This document shows, in pieces, positions 10,097 to 20,313 of a stretch of 64,000 nucleotides of DNA. Within the stretch, counting starts at the first letter, position 1, and each line of letters starts with the position of its first letter. Under the pieces are notes generated by a model, which saw only the letters and a program-made list of their open reading frames with translations, was not told where the DNA came from and did no database searches. Both the position numbers and the translations under genes were made by a program. The stretch spans positions 131,087 to 195,086 of the forward strand of contig JAUIHW010000002.1 of the NCBI GenBank assembly GCA_030431775.1, in the 5' to 3' direction. The stretch comes from Gammaproteobacteria bacterium. Lineage in GTDB: Bacteria; Pseudomonadota; Gammaproteobacteria; Pseudomonadales; JAUIET01.

Positions 10097-10833
10097 CAGT
10101 GTAAACCTGTGTTGGTTAGTGTTTCTGATCAGCGCCAAGCCGTAGCTTGGACGGTCTGCACATGGCAGAAAGATCACGGGACACAACGCCCAAAATTGAC
10201 CTGAATATGTCTGGCCATAGACAGCAGGTGTGTTCTCTGAAGAGACCTGGTACCTGCAAACCAATATCCCGGCTATCCGGGTAAGTGGAATTACCTCCTT
10301 TATTTAGATTGAGTTAAGGGATACGAAATAGCTGCTTGTTGCAGCTAGTAACATTGACTTGGAAGGGTCGAGCCAGACGACAGCTATCAACTGTTGCTGA
10401 ATGCCACTGCCGAAAGGCTCGCTAACTGAAGGTGTATCCGGCCTATAACAACTACAAAGCTTGACCGGTACAGATTGAAAAGTACTTTTAAAAGTGCAGA
10501 CCGAAGCCCGCGTAATGAACGATAGGTCTATGCAGATTACAACTACTCTACTCTGCACTGATGCGATCACAGACCTGTTTCGCACTCTACTCCGTTTGCT
10601 TGCGCAAGGTGGAGCTTGCCTTGCCACTTTCCCGCAGTGGCCGCGGATAGAACCGTTACAACAACATTGGGGGCTAGTTTAGGAACAGATCATCCGGGTG
10701 TCATCGTGAAATTCCGGCGCAGACCGTTGCGGTTACTGGTCGGGTCGCCCACGTCACTACCGCTGGCGCTTTGCAGTGACTTGGGCGAATACCTGTATTA
10801 AGTGCGGGTGATTCCAGCTAAACCATTGTTGAT

Positions 10834-13800
10834 TCAATGCTGCGCCAACTCATTGGCAATCATCTCGGCCTGCTTGAGAACCGTTTCGGTAGCCAATAAC
10901 TGCATGTCAGGCGGATAGCCATACTGGCGTAGCAATCGCTTCACAATCACCTTCAATTTGGCGCGCACATTCTCCTTAATCTGCCAGTCGATACTGGCGT
11001 TCTCACGGATTTTTTTCGTCAGCACGACAGCGAGTTCGCGTAAACTCTCCTGTTTCATCAGCTCGCGAGCACTGTCATTATTGGCAACGGCGGTATAAAA
11101 AGCATACTCATAGTCTGACAGGCCCATCTGTTCTGCCTCGACATCGGAGGCGACAATCTCCTTGCTGATTTTTATCAGTTCGTCGATAACCTCGGCGGCC
11201 GTGAGAATTTTGTTGTGATATTTTTTGATAGAGGCTTCAAGCATCTCCATCAGCGATTTACTTTGCACCAGATTGGTTTTCGCTCGCACTCTCAGCTCGT
11301 CATTCAGCAACTTTTTCAATACTTCCAGCGCCACATTCTGGTGTTGATAACCTTTCAGTTCCGCCAGAAACTCATCGGAAAGAATGGAAATATCCGGCTT
11401 CTTGAGACCAGCCGCATCGAAGACATCAATCACCTGCTCTGAAACCAGTGCTTGGTCGATCACCTGGCGAATAGTGGTTTCGATTTCTTCGTTTGTCTTA
11501 CCGCCTCCGGTACTGTCAAACTTGGCGAGCCTGGCTTTCACCGCCTGAAAAAAAGCAATCTCATCTTTAACATCCAGTGCCTGTTCGTGGGGTACGGCAA
11601 TCGCAAAGGCCTGAGAGAGCATTGTCACTTCATTGATATATCGCTTCTTGCCATCCTCCAGCCCCAGAATATGATCTTCCGCGGCCAGTATCAGCGACAG
11701 TTTTTTCGCGGTATCCGCCTCGAAATAGTCTTCATACGCAAAGCCATGAAACATGGCGGACACCACTTCTATTTTCTCCAGCAGCAGTGCGACTGCCTGT
11801 TCCTGCGCCAAAGTAGGGTCGCCCTTACCACCCGCTTCCGAATAAAAAGACAACGCCTCTTTGAGGTCAGATGCAATCCCCAAATAGTCCACCACCAAAC
11901 CACCGGGTTTGTCGCCGTGAACACGGTTTACCCGCGCAATGGCCTGCATCAGATTGTGCCCCTTCATGGGCTTGTCGATATAAAGGGTATGCATAGCAGG
12001 GGCATCAAATCCCGTCAGCCACATATCGCGGACGATAACTAATTTGAGTTCATCGTCATCATTCTTCATTCGTTCGGCCAGCAACTTACGCTGCTGCTTG
12101 GTTGTGTGGTGTCTGGCCAGTTTGGGGCCGTCACTGCTGGAAGCCGTCATCACCACCTTGATCGTGCCCTTGGTCAAATCATCGGAATGCCATTCAGGTT
12201 TAAGTCTAATAATTTCATCATAAAGCTCGGCGGCAATTCGGCGGGACATACTGACAATCATGCCCTTACCCGCAAATACCTCCTGCCGGGCGTCGAAATG
12301 GCTGACGATATCCTGAGCAATATTCCTGATCCGCCGCTCACTGCCAATCAGAGCCTCCATCTGCGTCCACTTCGCCTTGGCTTTCTGGGTTTCCGTCAGT
12401 TCGTCCTGTTCCAGTTCCGCATCTAACGCCTTAACCAGATGCTTACCCTCTTCACTCAACCCCACTTTGGCAAGACGACTCTCGTAGAAGATGCGCACCG
12501 TAGCACCATCCTCAACAGCCTGGGCAATATCATAAATATCCACGTAATTGCCGAATACCGCCGGGGTATTCACATCGGTTTTTTCAATGGGTGTGCCGGT
12601 AAATCCGAGATAAGTCGCCGCAGGAAGCGCATCACGCAGATATTTGGCAAAACCATACACCACCTTCTTGCCAACCACCTGCCCGTTCTCGTCTTTTTCA
12701 TCGACGGTTTTCGCACTAAAGCCATACTGGGTACGGTGCGCCTCGTCGGCAATTACTACGATATTGCGTCGCTCGGAAAGGCACTCGTAGATATTGCCCT
12801 CTTCCGGCTGAAATTTCTGGATGGTGCTAAACACCACACCACCGGAAGCCACCTGTAACAGTGACTTTAACTGTTCCCTGCTTTCCGCCTGCTGCGGTTC
12901 CTGCCGCAACAACTGCTTGCAGGCAGCAAAGGTGTCGAAAAGCTGATCGTCCAGATCATTGCGGTCGGTAATCACCAGAATGGTCGGGTTATCCAGTGCC
13001 AACACAATTTTGCCGGTGTAAAACACCATGGAGAGCGACTTACCGGAACCCTGGGTATGCCAGATAACCCCCGCCTTCTGGTCGCCACTGGGTTGATTCG
13101 TCACATTAGGCAACCCGTAACTGGCGGGGGATTCAGCCACTTTGTTACCTGTTTCAGAACCCGCCGCTCGCAAAGTGGACGTGACAGCGGCGTTTACCGC
13201 GTAATACTGGTGATAGGAGGCAATCTTCTTCACGGTGTTGATGGTGATCTGCCCCGTTTCCGGGTCTTCTTTTTTCGATTTTTCAAACACCATAAAATGA
13301 CGAATCAAATCCAGCAATGTGGCTTTGTTCAGCATACCGTTAATCAGGGTTTCCATCTGACTGACCAGGTGCGATGCTTCGCTTTTGCCATCCGCTGTTT
13401 TCCAGGCCATAAAACGGGAGTAACCCGCTGACAGCGAACCCGCCCTTGCTTCCAAGCCATCAGAAACCACCAGCAGGGCGTTATAGGCAAACAGGCTGGG
13501 GATTGTGGATTTATAAGTTGCCAACTGTTGAAACGCCGATTTGATAGTGGCGTTTTCATCCGTCGCGTTTTTTAGCTCAATCACCACCAGCGGCAAACCA
13601 TTGATGAACAGCACCAGGTCAGGCCGCTTGTTCACATGGTTTTCAATCACCGTAAACTGGTTAGCCACCACAAACTCGTTGTTTTCTGGTCGTTCAAAAT
13701 CCACCAGCCAGACATACTCGCCACGCTCGTCACCATCTTGATGGCGACTGACTTTCACCCCTTCCGTCAGCAGGCGGTGAAACGCTTCATTATTGGCCAG

Positions 13801-14046
13801 CAAATCCGGCGACTGAATACGGGCAACTTCTTTTGATGCTTCAGCAATCAATGTATCAGGCAGATGGGGGTTAATACGGCGAATGGCTTGTGTGAGCCGT
13901 TCTGTGAGCAACACTTCATCATAGCGGCTACGCTCTGGATGCTCAGAGTCCGGGGCGATATCCGGCGCATGAATATAGTCATAGCCAAGCCGCTCAAACA
14001 GCTTGATGGCAAACTCTTCAATGGCGGATTCGGTTAAACGGCTCAT
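10834..14046 (-). CDS. hsdR: type I restriction enzyme, R subunit
   Basis: 1070 aa. Walker A HTQGSGKSLSMVF, DEAH box VIADEAHRTQ, helicase motif VI QAIARVNR, and an N-terminal nuclease region. Confidence 0.95.
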   Translation of the reverse strand: MSRLTESAIEEFAIKLFERLGYDYIHAPDIAPDSEHPERSRYDEVLLTERLTQAIRRINPHLPDTLIAEASKEVARIQSPDLLANNEAFHRLLTEGVKVSRHQDGDERGEYVWLVDFERPENNEFVVANQFTVIENHVNKRPDLVLFINGLPLVVIELKNATDENATIKSAFQQLATYKSTIPSLFAYNALLVVSDGLEARAGSLSAGYSRFMAWKTADGKSEASHLVSQMETLINGMLNKATLLDLIRHFMVFEKSKKEDPETGQITINTVKKIASYHQYYAVNAAVTSTLRAAGSETGNKVAESPASYGLPNVTNQPSGDQKAGVIWHTQGSGKSLSMVFYTGKIVLALDNPTILVITDRNDLDDQLFDTFAACKQLLRQEPQQAESREQLKSLLQVASGGVVFSTIQKFQPEEGNIYECLSERRNIVVIADEAHRTQYGFSAKTVDEKDENGQVVGKKVVYGFAKYLRDALPAATYLGFTGTPIEKTDVNTPAVFGNYVDIYDIAQAVEDGATVRIFYESRLAKVGLSEEGKHLVKALDAELEQDELTETQKAKAKWTQMEALIGSERRIRNIAQDIVSHFDARQEVFAGKGMIVSMSRRIAAELYDEIIRLKPEWHSDDLTKGTIKVVMTASSSDGPKLARHHTTKQQRKLLAERMKNDDDELKLVIVRDMWLTGFDAPAMHTLYIDKPMKGHNLMQAIARVNRVHGDKPGGLVVDYLGIASDLKEALSFYSEAGGKGDPTLAQEQAVALLLEKIEVVSAMFHGFAYEDYFEADTAKKLSLILAAEDHILGLEDGKKRYINEVTMLSQAFAIAVPHEQALDVKDEIAFFQAVKARLAKFDSTGGGKTNEEIETTIRQVIDQALVSEQVIDVFDAAGLKKPDISILSDEFLAELKGYQHQNVALEVLKKLLNDELRVRAKTNLVQSKSLMEMLEASIKKYHNKILTAAEVIDELIKISKEIVASDVEAEQMGLSDYEYAFYTAVANNDSARELMKQESLRELAVVLTKKIRENASIDWQIKENVRAKLKVIVKRLLRQYGYPPDMQLLATETVLKQAEMIANELAQH

Positions 14047-14723
14047 TCTTCAGCATCCCCTGCCAACTCGTCACCAGACTCCATAAATAATTTGTACTCA
14101 AGTTCATAGGCTTGGTAGTCCAAACCATATAAAACCTCACTTGCCACAAAAGAGTACACACCCATTTGGAAATCTCCAAAAGACTGATCCCAGGATTCGT
14201 TAAAATCTTCAGCATCGGCATAAATAATTTTTTCTCCTACCGCGACTTCACTCTCCTTCGGAACAGCCATATCTTTGCGTTCTTCAAAAGAACGGATCAG
14301 AAACACAGCCACAACTACCGTGCTATCAATTAAAAAGTCTCGAGTGAGCAAGTCAATACTGCTGTTTCTATCTCTAAGCTCGTCCATTGATCTGCCGTGA
14401 GATGTGGGGCTTATACCATTTCGTAGTGTGCCGATCTGCTGGCCAATATTTGCCAGTGAGCCTGAAATAGTTCGCACCATATCCTCATTTGGATAGCCCA
14501 GGGCGGTAAAAGCCGCTTTTATCACTCCATTGATTGTTGGGCTTGATCCCAACTCAACCTCCTTAACACTACAAATCTCCTTACCGATGGATTCAAGTAA
14601 AGCCTTCGCATTTTCAAGGGAATGACTGAAGTCAGATTCAAGATGGCCTTCCATCCTGTCGATGTAAATACCCAGGTCTTTCCAGCGCCCATATTGCTCA
14701 ATCGTCTTCCGTAACTTTTCCAT
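14043..14723 (-). CDS. Abi_C-like (abortive-infection C-terminal domain-like) protein embedded in the R-M operon
   Basis: 226 aa. IGQQIGTLRNGISPTSHGRS resembles the RN...HG core of the Abi_C family as I recall it. The stop overlaps the hsdR start by 4 nt. Confidence 0.5.
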   Translation of the reverse strand: MEKLRKTIEQYGRWKDLGIYIDRMEGHLESDFSHSLENAKALLESIGKEICSVKEVELGSSPTINGVIKAAFTALGYPNEDMVRTISGSLANIGQQIGTLRNGISPTSHGRSMDELRDRNSSIDLLTRDFLIDSTVVVAVFLIRSFEERKDMAVPKESEVAVGEKIIYADAEDFNESWDQSFGDFQMGVYSFVASEVLYGLDYQAYELEYKLFMESGDELAGDAEE

Positions 14724-14728
14724 TAAGA

Positions 14729-15553
14729 TTAACCTTGACTGCGCTTACCGCTCAAGTTCGCAATAGCAGCCTGAAGCACCTGCCAACTTATTTTAGCCGT
14801 ATGTATATCAGGATTGAATTTCTGAACCGCCTGCTGGCGAGGGTGAATATAGTTTCTGAAATCTTTCAACGAATGACTGTATTTCTTTACATCCAGGGAA
14901 AGCAGCCCGACTTCATGGGCCACGTTAATCAGTGAGTCTAACGTCCAATCCTGAAAATACCTCACCTTACCTTCGCTGTCTTTCGGTGCTGCATTAGCCT
15001 GGTTAAAAAACTGGGGGTTCTTTGATGCAGCGTCCTGCAACAAACCTTCGAGGGTACTGCCACAGAGAAACACAACCGCCAATGACGCTCTCGCTTCCAG
15101 TGCTTTGCCGATCTCATCAATACGTTGTTCCAGAATGGGCTGCAACTGCATATCAATATTTAGCCTTGCCCAGTCAATTCGGGCAAAGTCCTGTTGGAGA
15201 AACTCGTTTTCAGTGGATGACTGGCGAGCGTTATCGTCGTTATTTCCTAATAGCCGGCGTGTAATTTCCGATGCCTTACTTTGGTCTTCACCAGCAACCT
15301 GATCGACCGCACAAGCGTATTCCAATAGTGCATCAAGAACGGTGCCAACCAACTCATCAGGTTCGACTTCCCAAAACGCCCTGAGTCGTTTCATTTTGGA
15401 ATTACCATTGAACCGGTATTTCTGGTTATCAATATCGACCCCATGTTCCCTAAAAAACTCTGCATAGGTTCTATCGGTAAAATCCAGTACATAGCCACCG
15501 CGATCAAACAATCGCTCAAAAATCACTTTCTCGTGGGCTTTAAGCTGGGACAT
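14729..15553 (-). CDS. hypothetical protein embedded in the R-M operon (possible HEPN-like C-terminal helical domain)
   Basis: The ATG at 15553 (MSQLKAHEK...) is 1 nt after the hsdS stop. The C-terminus reads LKDFRNYIHPRQQ, an R-N-x-x-H arrangement that is one residue shorter than the canonical HEPN Rx4-6H. The function assignment is weak. Confidence 0.55.
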   Translation of the reverse strand: MSQLKAHEKVIFERLFDRGGYVLDFTDRTYAEFFREHGVDIDNQKYRFNGNSKMKRLRAFWEVEPDELVGTVLDALLEYACAVDQVAGEDQSKASEITRRLLGNNDDNARQSSTENEFLQQDFARIDWARLNIDMQLQPILEQRIDEIGKALEARASLAVVFLCGSTLEGLLQDAASKNPQFFNQANAAPKDSEGKVRYFQDWTLDSLINVAHEVGLLSLDVKKYSHSLKDFRNYIHPRQQAVQKFNPDIHTAKISWQVLQAAIANLSGKRSQG

Positions 15554-15554
15554 T

Positions 15555-16790
15555 TCAGGCCACTCTAACCGCGCCGCTGATGAGTTTCGGTAGCAGCATG
15601 TCACGAAGACTTGTCAGCTGTTTAATTTGACTGGAATTAAAAATCTGCTTTTCAATAATCGGCTCCATATGGGAATTCATCTCTTGCAGCTCTTTAGCCG
15701 ATGGCACAAGCACCACGGCCTCATCGAGATCACCACGCTTGATATGCCCCATTGTGGTTGCATGGGCCTGCGAAATTGCAATGAATTCTTGCAGGTGGTG
15801 CCTGCACCACATCAGATAAAACCATTTAGGAAACTCATCCGACGTCACTTTGAACAAATGCTGATTTAACACACAGGTTTCACCATCCCAAATTTTCACC
15901 ATAAGCGAGGCAGACCATGAAAAAATCACATCACCTGCTTTAACAATGTATTTTTCGTCCACTTTGCTGCTGGCAAAATCTGATGACTCTGAAATACCGG
16001 ACTGCAGCTCCCTGATTTTCAATACAGGTAGCTTTTCAACGTCGTTTTCAGGTGGATATTTTTGACAGGCTAAGCCATTCAAAAAATTTGCAATGCTGCT
16101 TAAAGGCCTTTCCTCCCAATCCTCCTGAGCTTCTTCCACAAACCACTGGCGGAACAGGGTTCCAGCGATGGCTTCGAGGGTTTTGTTTTGGCGATTGAGT
16201 AGGTCGATTTTGTCGTCAAGGCTGGAGAGAACAGAGGCAATGGCTTTTTGCTCCTCTATACTGGCGGGTAACACCACTGGCAAGTCTCTCTGTGCGGTAA
16301 TTCCTACATAAGCACGGGTCGATCCACTATCGCCGTGATTAATCAAGGTTTCTTGAAATTCAGGAGAATCGAAATAGTATTTTAGATATAGATTTGAAAG
16401 TTTTTCGTAGTCCTTGATCCGATAATACGTCACTTGGGGAGTCAACATGATAAAGTCGGTTTCGATTCTCCCAACTATCGCAGTTCTACCTAAGCTGGCC
16501 TTATGGGTTAGCAATACATCGCCAGGAATAGAAAACCCTTTTCTTAAAGAGTCTGCTTGTTCTCTCGAAATAAACTTGCAGTTATGCAAATCAATTTTCC
16601 CGTCGTTTATATCCGTTGCCATTACAAAGGGAATACCTGAATCTACAAAATCATCTCCTTTAGGATGAATTCCTCCGTGATTCCCATCTAGTGGCTTTTC
16701 AATTATTCCATGCGCTATGAGGTCAGCTACTGATACGCAATCCCAATCAATTGGAATATCACCCACATCCGTTGACTGAAACTCACTCAC
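15555..16790 (-). CDS. hsdS: type I R-M specificity subunit
   Basis: 411 aa. Two target-recognition halves are separated by conserved helices (LPASIEEQKAIASVLSSLDDKIDLLNRQNKTLEAI, and the C-terminal LRDMLLPKLISG). Overlaps hsdM by 4 nt. Confidence 0.9.
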   Translation of the reverse strand: MSEFQSTDVGDIPIDWDCVSVADLIAHGIIEKPLDGNHGGIHPKGDDFVDSGIPFVMATDINDGKIDLHNCKFISREQADSLRKGFSIPGDVLLTHKASLGRTAIVGRIETDFIMLTPQVTYYRIKDYEKLSNLYLKYYFDSPEFQETLINHGDSGSTRAYVGITAQRDLPVVLPASIEEQKAIASVLSSLDDKIDLLNRQNKTLEAIAGTLFRQWFVEEAQEDWEERPLSSIANFLNGLACQKYPPENDVEKLPVLKIRELQSGISESSDFASSKVDEKYIVKAGDVIFSWSASLMVKIWDGETCVLNQHLFKVTSDEFPKWFYLMWCRHHLQEFIAISQAHATTMGHIKRGDLDEAVVLVPSAKELQEMNSHMEPIIEKQIFNSSQIKQLTSLRDMLLPKLISGAVRVA

Positions 16791-18322
16791 ACTTTCACCC
16801 GCGCCAAACTCTGTTCAATCGCCTTATTGAGCCTTTCCTCTTCCTTTAGCTGCTCATTAAACTCAGCTTTCAATGCGGCAAATCGCTCGGCAAAGTCAAA
16901 ATCATCCTCTTCTTCCGCCAACCCCACATAGCGGCCCGGTGTGAGCACATAGTCCAGTTCGGCAACGCGCTCTAGGGATACGGAGGCACAGAAGCCTTTG
17001 ACATCCTCATAGCCGTTTTCGCCAGTACGCCAGTTGTGGTAAATACCAGCTATCTGTTGGATGTCATCGTGGGAGAGTTCACGGGTACGACGGTTAATAA
17101 GGTGGCCAAGATTGCGGGCATCAATAAACAGAATTTCGCCTTTGCGAGGGTGGCCATTGTTTCTGGATCGGTTCATAAACCAGAGCGCGGCCGGTATCTG
17201 GGTATTCAAAAACAGTTTGGCAGGCAGGTTGACGATGCAGTCGATCAGGTTGCCATCGGCCACCAGGCTTTTGCGGATATCGCCTTCACCAGAGGTTTTG
17301 CTCGTAAGTGCGCCTTTGGCCAGTACCACACCTGCCATGCCTGTGGGTGCAAGGTGATAAATAAAATGCTGCAACCAGGCGAAGTTGGCATTGCCTGGCG
17401 GCGGTGTGCCGTATTGCCAGCGGGCATCGCCACGTAGCTGTTCACCACTCCAGTCGCTGACGTTGAAGGGTGGGTTGGCGATAATGTAGTCGGCCTTCAA
17501 ATCCTTGTGGGCATCATTAAGGAAGGAGCCTTCGTTATTCCATTTGACCTGTGAACTGTCGATGCCGCGAATGGCCAGATTCATTTTTGCCAGCCGCCAG
17601 GTGGTCTGGTTACTCTCTTGCCCGTAGATAGAAATATCGTTGATGCGGCCCTGGTGCTCCTCGACAAACTTTTCTGATTGCACAAACATGCCGCCACTGC
17701 CACAGCAGGGGTCGAATACCCGGCCTTTGTAAGGCTCCAGCATATTGACCAGCAATTCCACAATACTGCGTGGGGTATAGAACTGGCCACCCTGTTTGCC
17801 TTCCGCCAGGGCGAATTCGCCAAGGAAGTATTCAAACACATGGCCGAGCACATCGGCACTGCGGGCTTTGGCGTCACCCAGTGCGATATTGCTAACCAGA
17901 TCAATCAGGCCACCCAGTGCGGTTGGGTCGAGGTTTTGCTTGGCGTAAACCTTGGGTAGTACGCCTTTGAGGGAGTTGTTCTCCTTCTCAATGGCATCCA
18001 TCGCCGCATCCACATGAATACCGATATCAGGCTGTTTGGCCAGCGTTAGCAGGTACGACCAGCGCGCATCCTGCGGCACGAAGAAGACGCTCTCAGCCTT
18101 GTATTCATCCTTGTCCTCCGGGTCGGCTCCGGCATATTCACCGTCGCCTGTTTGCAGTTTCTGGAACAATTCTTCAAAAGCATCGGAAATGTATTTGAGG
18201 AAAATCAGCCCCAACGCCACATGTTTGTATTCGGCGGCATCAATGTTTTTCCGCAGCTTGTCCGCTGACTTCCACAGCTGTTTTTCCAGTGGTTCTTCTT
18301 TTGTTTGGCTTTTTCTGGCCAT
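16787..18322 (-). CDS. hsdM: type I R-M N6-adenine DNA methyltransferase subunit
   Basis: 511 aa. SAM motif [12 protein letters not shown], catalytic IIANPPFN, and an HsdM N-terminal domain ([32 protein letters not shown]). Confidence 0.95.
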   Translation of the reverse strand: MARKSQTKEEPLEKQLWKSADKLRKNIDAAEYKHVALGLIFLKYISDAFEELFQKLQTGDGEYAGADPEDKDEYKAESVFFVPQDARWSYLLTLAKQPDIGIHVDAAMDAIEKENNSLKGVLPKVYAKQNLDPTALGGLIDLVSNIALGDAKARSADVLGHVFEYFLGEFALAEGKQGGQFYTPRSIVELLVNMLEPYKGRVFDPCCGSGGMFVQSEKFVEEHQGRINDISIYGQESNQTTWRLAKMNLAIRGIDSSQVKWNNEGSFLNDAHKDLKADYIIANPPFNVSDWSGEQLRGDARWQYGTPPPGNANFAWLQHFIYHLAPTGMAGVVLAKGALTSKTSGEGDIRKSLVADGNLIDCIVNLPAKLFLNTQIPAALWFMNRSRNNGHPRKGEILFIDARNLGHLINRRTRELSHDDIQQIAGIYHNWRTGENGYEDVKGFCASVSLERVAELDYVLTPGRYVGLAEEEDDFDFAERFAALKAEFNEQLKEEERLNKAIEQSLARVKV

Positions 18323-18350
18323 CTTTGTTACTTCCTTAAATACAATTCAG

Positions 18351-20273
18351 TTACGTGGCGCTCAAAGGCAAAGGGAGAGAGGGTGACGAAAGTACTGATT
18401 TCAACAAGTCGTCGTCTTCAATATCGGCATAACGATTCAGCTTTTCTCGTAACTTGAATAACCGCTTCTCTGCCGTCGATATCAGTACAGAAAAAGTCAC
18501 TGCTGTGACATTTCCGCAGTCTCCAATTTTTTGGCCCGGTTCTGTTTTAGGCTCAATTTTTTCCCCAACCACGAAAGCGTTCACAAAAGGCTTCGAGCCT
18601 ATAAGATCGCTATAGGCGATATCCTGAACATACCCACCTGCCTGATTTATTTCATCTCTGCCAATGGAATAACCACCACGCTTTACTTCTATCAACAAAA
18701 CACTTTTTGTCCGTTCAAGGCCATTTTCATCAACGCTGTCTAATGCTTGCGCTCCGAGGGTGGACTCCTTAAGCACAACAATATCCGGTCGTTTCTTCGC
18801 ATTGAGAAAGGCTGCCTGATCAATCTTTTGTCCGAATACCTGCGCGATGGTTTTTACAAGCCCCACATTGGAAGAGGAATATTCACTGGATTCGTATTCT
18901 GGGCCGAACAACCAGCGAGCTTTAAGCACCAATGGGTGAATGGTGTGTAATTCGTCTGCATCTTTATTGCCGGAGAATCTGCGCAAGGCTTCGATGACTT
19001 TCAATCTCACATCAATCTCGGAAAGGACAACGAGTGCATCCTGGGCCGTCCATTCGGCAAGCAACTCATCAAGGGAATCAACGTCGTCAATACTGATGGA
19101 TGTCAGTTTGCTTAACAGGCTTTGGCCTGAGCGAGATTTCTCAAGATTGATAGCCGCTTTTACTGCTAGCTGAAGGGTTTTTGGGTCAAGGTCAGGGTTT
19201 TCTTCCAACAAGCCATCAACAAACCTGGATACTTCCAAGGCCTCAACCGGCGACATGGTCTGCAGCTCTTGCTTATTGTGATAGAGCACATCTTCCTTAG
19301 CCTCGCGAATCTCGTCTTTCAATAATTCACGCCGCTTTTCACTGATATATTGAGCAAGCTCTTCTGCCACTTGCTGTATTAAGGTGCTGCCCGGCTTGAA
19401 GCCTGACCAATCTTCCAGAATCTCTTCTCTCAGCCCATCCGTGTTAACGACAACTACGAACCTTTTTCCAAAGGCCCTTCGTCCGTCAGCCAGCGAGATA
19501 CCGCCCAATGTCCAGCTATGTTCCCCAACCCGCCGTCCACCTACCCAAATAGCTACACCCTGAAATATGTTGTCTCTTCTACCCTGTTTTGAGTCAACCA
19601 ACGTAACGTGCAATTTGATCCCGGCCACTGTTAGTTCAGCCTGATCGACCACACCTGGGTGCTCATGCAGAGGAATGCTTTTTCCGTTAACTGAAATTGA
19701 AAAATCCGGCGTTGAAATAAACCGGGCGGCCAGTGTTTCCGCGATTTTCTCGTCAGAAACAAAGTGTTGACTAACAGCCACCGACAGCCTGGTGCCATGA
19801 CCTGTTTTTTGGCGCGTGTCTTTTGAAGTGACGTTCAATGGCTCTTCACCAACGGCGACGGATACCTGGAAAATGTTGCAACTTCCATCCCGCCAGGTTT
19901 CAACCTGATATTCATCCCCAAAACAAAGCAATCCATGTCGCCCTACACCATTTCGCCCAAAGGCTTTTCTCTTTAATCCCTTTCTATCCGCCGGGAAGGA
20001 AACATTGGGGCCTTGATGAGCAAGTCGGTTATAGCGCAGCATCATCCACCTTTCGCGAAAATGCTGTTCAGTCATTCCTACGCCATCGTCTTCAATAACC
20101 ATGACACCACCATTCGAATCAGGGACAACAATATCCACCTTGCTGGCTCCAGCATCATAGGCGTTAGCCACAAGTTCAGTAAGTGCAATGTCGGGCCTAT
20201 GGACTATTGCTCCAAGGTCACGCCGGAGGAAGTCCTTCTCGTAGGTGGTTTCAAATAAGTCCTGGTTTCTCAT
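18351..20273 (-). CDS. GHKL (MORC/Hsp90-type, HATPase_c_3-like) ATPase with a C-terminal PD-(D/E)xK nuclease-like domain
   Basis: Bergerat motifs ELVANAYDA (ExxxNxxDA), DDGVGM (DxGxG), GRNGVG (GxxGxG) and GHGTR. A long helical middle region follows. The C-terminus has RPDIVVL...(about 30 aa)...LLIEVKRGG, which is a PD...ExK arrangement. Confidence 0.75.
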   Translation of the reverse strand: MRNQDLFETTYEKDFLRRDLGAIVHRPDIALTELVANAYDAGASKVDIVVPDSNGGVMVIEDDGVGMTEQHFRERWMMLRYNRLAHQGPNVSFPADRKGLKRKAFGRNGVGRHGLLCFGDEYQVETWRDGSCNIFQVSVAVGEEPLNVTSKDTRQKTGHGTRLSVAVSQHFVSDEKIAETLAARFISTPDFSISVNGKSIPLHEHPGVVDQAELTVAGIKLHVTLVDSKQGRRDNIFQGVAIWVGGRRVGEHSWTLGGISLADGRRAFGKRFVVVVNTDGLREEILEDWSGFKPGSTLIQQVAEELAQYISEKRRELLKDEIREAKEDVLYHNKQELQTMSPVEALEVSRFVDGLLEENPDLDPKTLQLAVKAAINLEKSRSGQSLLSKLTSISIDDVDSLDELLAEWTAQDALVVLSEIDVRLKVIEALRRFSGNKDADELHTIHPLVLKARWLFGPEYESSEYSSSNVGLVKTIAQVFGQKIDQAAFLNAKKRPDIVVLKESTLGAQALDSVDENGLERTKSVLLIEVKRGGYSIGRDEINQAGGYVQDIAYSDLIGSKPFVNAFVVGEKIEPKTEPGQKIGDCGNVTAVTFSVLISTAEKRLFKLREKLNRYADIEDDDLLKSVLSSPSLPLPLSAT

Positions 20274-20313
20274 GTAAATCCTTTTCCCTGTTCAATCTCA
20301 GCGTTAGTTGTCC

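Noticed and set aside
10304-10627. 107-aa minus-strand ORF in the hsdR-recombinase spacer
   Set aside because: I saw no ribosome-binding site and no recognisable motif, and its composition is odd. I treat the region as non-coding (see the finding on 9227-10833).
11452-12042. 196-aa plus-strand ORF inside hsdR (and similar ones at 12439-12858 and 13057-13431)
   Set aside because: It is antisense to hsdR, whose helicase motifs confirm the minus-strand frame.
15555-16790. Phase-variable (shufflon-type) type I R-M driven by the nearby second recombinase
   Set aside because: There is only one hsdS gene. I saw no silent partial hsdS copies or inverted repeats within or flanking it.
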